In this document: positions 16,202 through 23,179 of the stretch, one piece after another
Layout of the letters: the number at the start of each line of letters is the position of its first letter
Position numbering within the stretch: the first letter of the stretch is position 1
UHGV virus genome: UHGV-0124909
Length of the DNA: 23,179 bases
Origin: a virus
Reading direction: 5' to 3' (one strand)
Program-made: the position numbers and the translations under genes
Notes under the pieces: generated by a model
Seen by the model: the letters and a program-made list of their open reading frames with translations, nothing else
Told to the model about the DNA's origin: nothing
Databases searched by the model: none

Positions 16202-16373
16202 GATAATGAAACCGGAATTTATTCTGGGTAACCAGTTACGGCAGTACAGCGAAACAACCCAAGCCAGTAAGTGGGGAAATAACACTGGCAGCCACTGAAA
16301 GATGAACCTCCTGCCTTATGGCAAAAAAGATTCTTTGTGGTGGCGGACTGATGGAAAGACATCGGTTATTGCA

Positions 16374-16396
16374 GAGACCATTCAATGAGTGGTCTC
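16374..16396. other. Stem-loop 2 (GAGACCA-TTCAATGAG-TGGTCTC) in the moron intergenic gap
   Basis: 7-bp perfect inverted repeat with a 9-nt loop nearly identical to loop 1 but a different stem sequence. Confidence 0.6.
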
Positions 16397-16532
16397 GACA
16401 ATGGCTTATACCCTACACGGGATAACTTAACTGATATCCCCACAAGCGGATAAAGAGATTCTCAATGTCAGGAATCTACTTTTAGTCCTAGTAATGATGA
16501 ACTAGATATCAGCTGAGTCGCTTGGGTGGTGA

Positions 16533-16769
16533 TTACGATTCTGCTTCAAACTCAGAAATTAGTTGATGAACACGTTCAGTATATGATGGGTTAGAACCTA
16601 GAAACTCTTCCACTGTCTGAATGGTTTCATCACCCTCCCATTCAAAATGGCTCACAGGTGACGAATGACCAGCCCTGACTTGGTAGGAGCCATTGTCCAA
16701 TTTGTCCAGGAATATATAAGTTTCATTATCATGACCTGTATTTCGGTAAAAAATTTGCTTTGAGTTCAT
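16533..16769 (-). CDS. Hypothetical small acidic protein (78 aa), moron gene
   Basis: ORF with GAGGA RBS 8 nt upstream; AT-rich codon usage; same strand as the ClpP-like gene and divergent from the small terminase gene. Confidence 0.4.
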   Translation of the reverse strand: MNSKQIFYRNTGHDNETYIFLDKLDNGSYQVRAGHSSPVSHFEWEGDETIQTVEEFLGSNPSYTERVHQLISEFEAES

Positions 16770-16793
16770 TAAAGAAATCCTCTAGAGAAAACT

Positions 16794-17345
16794 ATGGCAC
16801 TCACCGACAAACAAGAGATGTTCTGTCGCGAGTACCTCATCGATTTAAACGCCACACAAGCGGCTATTCGGGCGGGGTACAGCGCAAAGACAGCTAACCG
16901 TACCGCATCCGAAAACATGTCAAAACCTGACATCCAATTCAGAATCGCCGAACTGAAAGCGCAACGCAATGATCTTGTTGGTATTAATGCAGAATATGTG
17001 CTTAATCGCCTTATTGAAATCGACCAGATGGATGTGCTCGACATTCTCCTGCAAAACGGTGAGCTAAAGCCCATTAAAGACTGGCCTAAGGTATGGCGCA
17101 CAACGCTATCAGGAATGGATGTCGTGGAGATGGTATCCGCAGATAGTGCTGCTCTCCTGAAGAAAATCAAATGGCCTGATAAGGTTAAAAACCTTGAGTT
17201 GCTTGGGCGTCATGTTTCTGTTCAGGCGTTTAAAGACAACGTCAAAAATGAAGTGACTGGCGCTGATGGAGGACCAGTCAGAACAGAAATTACCAACTTA
17301 ACGCCGGAGCAGGCTGCAGAGGCGTATAGAAAAATGATGGGCTAA
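16794..17345 (+). CDS. Terminase small subunit (P27 / Terminase_2 family)
   Basis: [34 protein letters not shown]... is the characteristic N-terminal HTH motif of this family; immediately precedes the large subunit. Confidence 0.8.
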   Translation: MALTDKQEMFCREYLIDLNATQAAIRAGYSAKTANRTASENMSKPDIQFRIAELKAQRNDLVGINAEYVLNRLIEIDQMDVLDILLQNGELKPIKDWPKVWRTTLSGMDVVEMVSADSAALLKKIKWPDKVKNLELLGRHVSVQAFKDNVKNEVTGADGGPVRTEITNLTPEQAAEAYRKMMG

Positions 17346-17347
17346 GT

Positions 17348-18970
17348 ATGCCGTTACCATTCCCCTTCGATTTTAAACATCCTGATTACCAGATGGTTTT
17401 TGAATGGCGGATGGAACGCCTACAGCGCATTCGCCAGAATCCTGAAATATTGCCTGCACTAAAACAGTTTTACCGAACTAATCCGGCTCAGTTCATCATC
17501 GACTGGGGCATGACAACGGACCCACGTAATATTGATTATGGCCTGCCGGTGACCATTCCGTTTTTACTCTTCCCTAAGCAGGAGGAGTGGATCCACTGGA
17601 TTATGGAACGCTGGGGTAATCGGGAGAATGGTATTACCGAAAAATCCCGTGAAATGGGGCTCAGTTGGACCGCGATCGGACTGGCCTGCTCGCTTTGTCT
17701 CTTCAACAAAGAAATGGTTATCGGTTTCGGCTCCCGTAAAGAGGAATACGTCGACAGCACTGGTGACCCGAAAGCATTGTTCTGGAAGGCACGCAAGTTC
17801 GTGGAAACACTGCCCATCGAGTTTCGCGGTTCGTGGGACGAGAAGAAGCATGCGCCTTATATGCGCGTTGAGTTTCCAGATACTGGCGCGGTTATCAAAG
17901 GCGAGGCTGGCGACAATATCGGTCGTGGTGACCGTACCACGCTCTACCTGGTGGATGAGGCTGCATTCCTCCAGCGTCCTCTGCTGATTGACGCGGCGCT
18001 GTCGCAAACCACCCGCTGCCGTATCGACCTGAGTTCGGTTAACGGCATGGCGAACCCGTTCGCGCAGAAGCGTCACGGCGGGAAGATACCGGTATTCACA
18101 TTCCACTGGCGGGATGATCCTCGCAAGGATGAAGAGTGGTATCGCAGGGAATGCGAGAAAATCGATAATCCGGTGGTGGTGGCACAGGAACTTGATCTGA
18201 ACTACAGCGCATCAGCGGAAGGCGTCCTGATTCCATCCGAATGGGTACAGGCTGCCGTTGATGCGCATATCAAACTGGGTATCCAGCCAACAGGCAAACG
18301 ACTTGGCGCGATGGATGTCGCTGATGAAGGCAGGGACAAAAATGCCTTTTCCACCCGTCATGGCTTCCTCCTGGAAAATGTGCGGGAATGGTCTGGTGTG
18401 GGTAGCGACATTTATCAGTCCGTCGAGAAGGTCTTCGGTTTTTGCGAACAGGACAACCTCGAAGAGTTTCGCTTTGACGAGGACGGGCTGGGCGCTGGCG
18501 TTCGCGGCGATGCACGCGCTATCAACGAACTGCGTAACGCTGCGCGCCGACCGTCAATACTCGCCACACCGTTTCGAGGTAGTGGCGCGGTATTTGATCC
18601 GGACGACGAAGCGGTGCGCGGTGACAACGGACAGGCCGCCCGCCTGAACAAGGACTTCTTCGCTAACGCCAAAGCCCAGAGCTGGTGGCGGTTACGTAAA
18701 CTTTTTCAGAATACCTGGCGCGCCGTGGTTGAAGGTATGGATTACAACCCGGACGAAATCATCTCAATCAGCAGTAGCATGGCACTCAAAGATAAACTCA
18801 TCATCGAGCTTTCGCAGCCGACCTATTCCATTAATGGTGTGGGGAAAATCGTTATTGATAAACAGCCTGATGGAACCCGGTCGCCAAACCTTGCCGACTC
18901 GGTGATGATCAGCTACGCGCCAATGAATTCAGCCCTGAATATCTGGGAGCTGCTAGGGAGACAGGCCTGA
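17348..18970 (+). CDS. Terminase large subunit (540 aa)
   Basis: Size and position between small terminase and portal; ATPase/nuclease architecture with acidic motifs ([10 protein letters not shown]); TGATG coupling to portal. Confidence 0.8.
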   Translation: MPLPFPFDFKHPDYQMVFEWRMERLQRIRQNPEILPALKQFYRTNPAQFIIDWGMTTDPRNIDYGLPVTIPFLLFPKQEEWIHWIMERWGNRENGITEKSREMGLSWTAIGLACSLCLFNKEMVIGFGSRKEEYVDSTGDPKALFWKARKFVETLPIEFRGSWDEKKHAPYMRVEFPDTGAVIKGEAGDNIGRGDRTTLYLVDEAAFLQRPLLIDAALSQTTRCRIDLSSVNGMANPFAQKRHGGKIPVFTFHWRDDPRKDEEWYRRECEKIDNPVVVAQELDLNYSASAEGVLIPSEWVQAAVDAHIKLGIQPTGKRLGAMDVADEGRDKNAFSTRHGFLLENVREWSGVGSDIYQSVEKVFGFCEQDNLEEFRFDEDGLGAGVRGDARAINELRNAARRPSILATPFRGSGAVFDPDDEAVRGDNGQAARLNKDFFANAKAQSWWRLRKLFQNTWRAVVEGMDYNPDEIISISSSMALKDKLIIELSQPTYSINGVGKIVIDKQPDGTRSPNLADSVMISYAPMNSALNIWELLGRQA

Positions 18971-20439
18971 TGGCACGAAACAAACAAGCCACGCGGCGAA
19001 CGGCACAGGCCACCGCTGATGGATATGAGAACTTTGTCGCCCGCGTGGGGATGCAGACGCCTAACCAGCACTCAGCATCGACCTACCGGGCTAACTTCAC
19101 CAGCCGCAACCGCATGCTGGTGGAATGGTCCTATCGTTCGTCCTGGATCATCGGCGAAGCGGTCGACGCTATCCCGGATGATATGACCCGCAAAGGCATT
19201 CGCATCACTTCGGAAATTGATGCAAAAGATCGCGGCATTCTCGAATCACAACTTGATGAGTTGCAGATCTGGGATGCGCTGAACGACGTGCTGAAATGGT
19301 CTCGCCTCTACGGCGGCGCGGTCGGCTTCATCATGATCGAGGGGCAGGCACCAATGACCCCGCTGCGGCTCGAAACCATTGGAGAAGGCAAGTTTAAGGG
19401 CATTCTCCCGCTCGACCGCTGGATGATTAACCCGGCCCTGACCCGCCGCATTAAAGAGATGGGGCCAGATCTCGGCAAACCTGAGTTTTACGACGTGGTG
19501 ACCACTGCAACGGGCATCCCGGCTTGGCGCATCCATCACAGCCGCCTGATTCGCTTCGACGGGGTGACGCTGCCATTCCAGCAGAAGATGACCGAAAACG
19601 AATGGGGAATGTCGGTTGTAGAGCGTATCTGGGATCGGCTTACTGCGTTCGACAGCGCCACTGTCGGCGCGGCGCAGCTGGTCTACAAAGCGCATTTGCG
19701 TACCTACAGCGTGGAGAAGCTACGCGAGCTTATCGCACTTGGTGGTCCTGCGTATGAAGCGTTGCTGAAGAATATCGACCTGATTCGACAGTTCCAGAGC
19801 AATGAAGGCATGACGCTCATGGACTCGCGGGATAAGTTTGAAACCCATCAGTACAGCTTCAGTGGTCTGGATGACATTCTTTCGCAGTTTGCAGAACAGA
19901 TTAGCGGCGCTGTTGGTATTCCACTGGTGCGGTTGTTCGGACAGTCCCCGAAAGGATTTTCTACCGGTGATGCAGATCTTGCCAACTATTACGACCGGGT
20001 GAGCTCATTGCAGGAGCGCCGCTTACGGATGCCGATGCGCCGGATACTGGACATTATGCACCGCTCGGAACTCGGTAAGCCGCTGCCGGACGATTTCACG
20101 TTTGAGTTTAACCCGCTCTGGCAAATGTCTGATGTCGATCGCTCAACGGTGGCGTTAAACACTACCAACGCAATCAGTACGGCGCTGGGTGATGGTCTGA
20201 TGACACTGAAAGCCGCTATGACCGATTTGCGCGAAAATTCTGACGTAACCGGCATCGGGGCATCCATTACCGACGAGGACATAGAGAATGCCGAAGACGA
20301 AGCGCCGCCAGGCATCGGCGAACTTGGCGACAAACCGCCAGAGTCGCCAGGCGGAGATCCGATATCGAACGAGCCTACGGCAGATAGCGCGGGCGGTCGG
20401 GGATATCGTAAATGGGCGCTACGATGGTTCAAACGATAG
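18970..20439 (+). CDS. Portal protein (489 aa)
   Basis: Follows the large terminase; acidic disordered C-terminus (EDIENAEDEAPPGIGELGDKPPESPGG) typical of portals. Confidence 0.7.
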   Translation: MARNKQATRRTAQATADGYENFVARVGMQTPNQHSASTYRANFTSRNRMLVEWSYRSSWIIGEAVDAIPDDMTRKGIRITSEIDAKDRGILESQLDELQIWDALNDVLKWSRLYGGAVGFIMIEGQAPMTPLRLETIGEGKFKGILPLDRWMINPALTRRIKEMGPDLGKPEFYDVVTTATGIPAWRIHHSRLIRFDGVTLPFQQKMTENEWGMSVVERIWDRLTAFDSATVGAAQLVYKAHLRTYSVEKLRELIALGGPAYEALLKNIDLIRQFQSNEGMTLMDSRDKFETHQYSFSGLDDILSQFAEQISGAVGIPLVRLFGQSPKGFSTGDADLANYYDRVSSLQERRLRMPMRRILDIMHRSELGKPLPDDFTFEFNPLWQMSDVDRSTVALNTTNAISTALGDGLMTLKAAMTDLRENSDVTGIGASITDEDIENAEDEAPPGIGELGDKPPESPGGDPISNEPTADSAGGRGYRKWALRWFKR

Positions 20440-21061
20440 CGTAACCGAAATAATGGATGCGCTGGAGCGCTACAGCGAAATCATCACCCCCTGGGCGACG
20501 AAGGTAGCTGAGAACTTTACCGCAGACATAGCGCGCCAGAATGAAAAGCAGTGGCGTCAACACAGCCGGAACATCAGTGCAGAGCTGCGCAACATGGTTG
20601 ACTGCGCCCCGGTAGGCCAGGTGATGAAATCCATCGTTGCCGAGCAGATTAAGTACATCAAATCGCTACCTCTTGAGGCCGCCGATCGGGTGTATGACAT
20701 TCAGAACAAAGCCATCGAGGCAGTTGTGACTGGCGGGCGGGCTGAGTCATTCGCGAAAGAGATAGCGGCGTCAGGTGACGTGTCACGCTCGCGAGCGAAC
20801 CTTATCGCCCGTACCGAACTTGGACGCGCAACCGGCGCGCTCGATCAGGCGCGTGCGCTGTCAATTGGTTCGAATGGTTATATCTGGCGTACAGCCGAAG
20901 ATGGCGATGTCCGGCACTCTCATTGTGAGATGGAGGGCAAGTTTGTCGAATGGGGCCGACCTCCAACGCTTGACGGTATGACCGGTCACGCTGGTGAGCT
21001 GCCGAACTGCCGCTGTTACAAAGAAATCGTCTTCCCCAACCCTCATTCTTATCTCGCCTGA
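20288..21061 (+). CDS. Mu F-like minor head / head-morphogenesis protein
   Basis: Position after portal; conserved C-terminal region (RTELGRATGALDQARALSIG...WRTAEDGDVRHSHCEMEGK) reminiscent of Mu F/SPP1 gp7-family proteins. Start overlaps the portal 3' end by 152 nt out of frame. Confidence 0.6.
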   Translation: MPKTKRRQASANLATNRQSRQAEIRYRTSLRQIARAVGDIVNGRYDGSNDSVTEIMDALERYSEIITPWATKVAENFTADIARQNEKQWRQHSRNISAELRNMVDCAPVGQVMKSIVAEQIKYIKSLPLEAADRVYDIQNKAIEAVVTGGRAESFAKEIAASGDVSRSRANLIARTELGRATGALDQARALSIGSNGYIWRTAEDGDVRHSHCEMEGKFVEWGRPPTLDGMTGHAGELPNCRCYKEIVFPNPHSYLA

Positions 21062-21075
21062 ATCGCAGGTAAACC

Positions 21076-22296
21076 ATGAAATATTTTTTCAATACCCGGC
21101 TGGGGGAAACCCGCTATCAGCTGGCTGACGGCTCGCTGCTGTGCAAAGACGTGCCGATAGGTCGAACGGGTAAGCAGCTCTACGGCGCTGCCGATCTGCC
21201 AAACCTCAAACCCGACAAGCTCGGTGAGATAGTCGTAACGCGTTCTCCTGAGCAGGTATTCAATCCGGCCACGCTCGCCTCATTCGAAGGGATGAGCATC
21301 ACGATCCTGCATCCTGAAGATGAAAACGGGAATGTGCGGCTGGTAAATCCCGAGAACTGGAAAGAGCTTGCTGTCGGGCATCTTCAGAATGTGCGGCGCG
21401 GGACTGGTGACCAGTCTGATTTGATGCTGGCTGACCTTATCGTCAAAGACGAAAACGCCATTCAGCTTATCGAAGATGGCCTGCGTGAAGTGTCGTGCGG
21501 CTATGACGCGGAGTACGAGCAGACCGAGCCAGGTAAAGCCGAGCAGGTCGATATTACCGGAAACCATGTGGCTCTTGTCCCCAAAGGCAGAGCCGGAAAT
21601 CGTTGTGCAATTGGAGACAGAGACACAATGGCAAATCAAAAGAAAAACTGGTGGAACCGCATGCGTGCAGCCATCAAGACAGGAGATGCCGACACCATGA
21701 ACGAACTGGTGGAGTCGGCTCCCGCATCGGTTACAGGAGATGAGGGGGATTTGCCGCAGGGCGTTAATCTCAACATCAACCTGTCCCCGCAGCAACCACT
21801 ACCGGACAAAGCACCAGAGATGGGTGGAGGTCCAACCGTCGACAGTGATGATGACCTCAAAACATTACTGAAAGCCCTGCTGGCTAAGCTGGAAGGAAAT
21901 GCCACGGGCGATAACGATAATAAGCCTGACGATAATCCGACCGGTGACGGCGAGGATGATGAAGAGGAAACCACGATTACTGGTGACTCAGCCTGGCGTG
22001 CCGAAGTTATCGTTCCGGGTATCGATCTGAGCCGTAAGATGAAACCGACCGCGTTCAAACGCGAGGTTCTGGCTTCCGCTGACAAAACGCTGGTTCGCCA
22101 GATAGTCGGTGATGCGGATATCCGCAAATTACCGAAACAATCGGTCAACATGGCGTTTAATGCCGTGTCTGAGATTGCCAAAGGGCGAAACACCCGCGCC
22201 ACCACCGGCGATGCACAGCGCCCAAACATGGGCATGACCAGTATCGCTTCCCTGAACAAACAAAACGCTGAATTCTGGGCAAACCGTAAAGGGTAA
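21076..22296 (+). CDS. DUF2213-like head assembly protein (putative scaffold/prohead protease)
   Basis: 406-aa ORF after the MuF-like gene; acidic low-complexity C-terminal half (GDNDNKPDDNPTGDGEDDEEE) typical of scaffolding proteins. Family assignment from memory. Confidence 0.45.
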   Translation: MKYFFNTRLGETRYQLADGSLLCKDVPIGRTGKQLYGAADLPNLKPDKLGEIVVTRSPEQVFNPATLASFEGMSITILHPEDENGNVRLVNPENWKELAVGHLQNVRRGTGDQSDLMLADLIVKDENAIQLIEDGLREVSCGYDAEYEQTEPGKAEQVDITGNHVALVPKGRAGNRCAIGDRDTMANQKKNWWNRMRAAIKTGDADTMNELVESAPASVTGDEGDLPQGVNLNINLSPQQPLPDKAPEMGGGPTVDSDDDLKTLLKALLAKLEGNATGDNDNKPDDNPTGDGEDDEEETTITGDSAWRAEVIVPGIDLSRKMKPTAFKREVLASADKTLVRQIVGDADIRKLPKQSVNMAFNAVSEIAKGRNTRATTGDAQRPNMGMTSIASLNKQNAEFWANRKG

Positions 22297-22299
22297 AAA

Positions 22300-22512
22300 A
22301 TGAATAATGTATTTCTGTACCGGATGCCTGTTGGCATTGCCGGGGCTGTCTCTCGCCCGCAGGACTTAACCGTCGAACCGGTGGTCCTTAAATCCGATAA
22401 CGCCTTTGCTGCCTATGGGCTGGCTGGTAAATACGATGCTGACGGTTTTTTCGTACCGCTGGCAGATGGTGATACCGCAGACAAGGTGAAGGGGATCTAC
22501 GTGCGTCCTTAA
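22300..22512 (+). CDS. Hypothetical structural-module protein (70 aa)
   Basis: ORF in the head gene cluster; may be the N-terminal part of a gene split from the next ORF. Confidence 0.35.
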   Translation: MNNVFLYRMPVGIAGAVSRPQDLTVEPVVLKSDNAFAAYGLAGKYDADGFFVPLADGDTADKVKGIYVRP

Positions 22513-22519
22513 CCAGGAC

Positions 22520-22753
22520 ATGACGATATCGGTCTGGGTCTTTCCTGATACTGATATTTCAGATGTATCGCGTGAGTTAATTGCGGCAATTAAACAGGGG
22601 TATCTCACAGTAAAAGCCGCCGGGGTATGGGCGGGGGGCATTGAAACTCCTTCGGTGGAAACCCCATCGGAAGGCTCAAAATTTTTTGGTTTTGATATGG
22701 ATAACGAATTCATCAGTGGTTTTGATGTAGGAGCATGGGGAGTATTACTCTGA
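22520..22753 (+). CDS. Hypothetical structural-module protein (77 aa)
   Basis: ORF in the head gene cluster; its reading frame is open back to 22490, overlapping the end of the previous ORF. Confidence 0.35.
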   Translation: MTISVWVFPDTDISDVSRELIAAIKQGYLTVKAAGVWAGGIETPSVETPSEGSKFFGFDMDNEFISGFDVGAWGVLL

Positions 22754-23179
22754 TGGCGAAAAATGACTTTAAAGCGTTTGCAACTGATCGAAATGCCAAT
22801 GTTATGTCGCAGGAGGAATGGGAAGCGTTGCCTGCGCTTTTATCCGGATTTACAGCAGGGAAAGCATCCAGTGCGCAGGTGAACAAAGCCATTCGACAGG
22901 CCAGCTTTATTGCTGCAGCTCTGGCCCAGTTTGTAAGTGACAAAACGCAACGGGATGTGCTTGATAATGGTGATCTGCCCGGATTTGTTGAATTGCTGGG
23001 ATCGGGGTTTGCTGTTGAATACCTGAGCCGCAAGAATCCGTTTGGCGATATCAAATCGGATGGCACTGTGCAAACGGCTCTCGAAAACCTTGGTTTGGTG
23101 GATGATTCCGGTGTAGTAGGCCGTTTGCTTAATACTCAAGTGATTACCTCATCTGGTACTTACACCCCAACACCGGGTA
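22753..23179 (+). CDS. Structural protein, 5' partial (runs off the window end)
   Basis: Open frame from the ATG at 22753 to the window end with no stop ([26 protein letters not shown]...[13 protein letters not shown]). Capsid versus tail-fibre identity undetermined. Confidence 0.4.
   Translation, partial: MAKNDFKAFATDRNANVMSQEEWEALPALLSGFTAGKASSAQVNKAIRQASFIAAALAQFVSDKTQRDVLDNGDLPGFVELLGSGFAVEYLSRKNPFGDIKSDGTVQTALENLGLVDDSGVVGRLLNTQVITSSGTYTPTPG

Larger units (their letters stand above)
1..23179. mobile_element. Segment of a lambdoid prophage (mosaic of P22-like immunity/replication, lambda-like Q-lysis, non-lambda head module)
   Basis: Canonical lambdoid gene order: PL-operon recombination genes on minus strand, cI/cro/cII, O/helicase, nin genes, Q, S-R-Rz, terminase, portal. 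Many ATGA/TAATG translational-coupling overlaps. Confidence 0.9.

Noticed and set aside
16205-16297. Possible plus-strand 30-aa ORF (MKPEFILGNQLRQYSETTQASKWGNNTGSH) in the moron gap
   Set aside because: Its putative RBS is sequestered in stem-loop 1 and nothing else supports it; kept only as a possibility under the stem-loop finding.
16769-17170. Minus-strand 133-aa ORF antisense to the small terminase gene
   Set aside because: The plus-strand ORF has the characteristic small-terminase N-terminal motif; the antisense ORF is Ser/Arg-rich.
17536-18106. Minus-strand ORFs of 93 and 180 aa inside the large terminase gene
   Set aside because: Antisense to a strongly supported terminase ORF that is coupled to its neighbours.
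18258-18672. Alternative-frame ORFs (129, 81 and 85 aa) within the large terminase
   Set aside because: Overlap the terminase coding frame; Arg/Ser/Pro-rich composition typical of off-frame translation of GC-rich coding DNA.
19246-20432. Minus-strand ORFs of 149 and 147 aa and a plus-strand 77-aa ORF inside the portal gene
   Set aside because: Antisense or off-frame shadows of the portal ORF.
21636-22337. Minus-strand 233-aa ORF antisense to the DUF2213-like gene
   Set aside because: Ser-rich low-complexity antisense translation of the acidic repeat region; the plus-strand gene is better supported by position.
1-23179. CRISPR arrays, tRNA or rRNA genes
   Set aside because: No spacer-repeat periodicity and no tRNA-like T-loop or acceptor-stem motifs seen; the only regular direct repeats are the ori iterons.

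Overview
This window is a segment of a mosaic lambdoid (P22/lambda/phage-21-like) prophage of an enterobacterial host, running from the early-left (PL) operon to the first head genes. Calls rest on reading the ORF translations and motifs by eye against remembered phage proteins; no database search was run. Left arm (minus strand, 1-5752): small accessory genes, Abc2-like, SSB-like, Erf, cIII-like, unknown AT-rich genes and an N antiterminator. Immunity region (5860-7400): P22 C2-type repressor, Cro and a cII/C1-like gene, with OL/PL, OR/PR and nutL/nutR sites. Right arm (plus strand): O-like initiator with ori iterons, DnaB-like helicase, nin region (NinB, NinE, NinX-like, NinF, YbcO-like, RusA, NinH, phosphatase), lambda-like Q, PR'/tR', holin, endolysin, Rz/Rz1, then small and large terminase, portal, MuF-like protein and a DUF2213-like protein. 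The most interesting locus is an AT-rich, opposite-strand two-gene cassette (15510-16769) between the lysis genes and the terminase, at the position lambda uses for the bor moron. It encodes a ClpP-fold putative serine protease and a small acidic protein, separated by a 340-bp non-coding gap containing related stem-loops; it is a candidate uncharacterised accessory or defence module. Other notable points are a relic N C-terminus marking a recombination junction, a repeated 18-bp gene-junction sequence, and several N-antiterminated intrinsic terminators in the PL operon.
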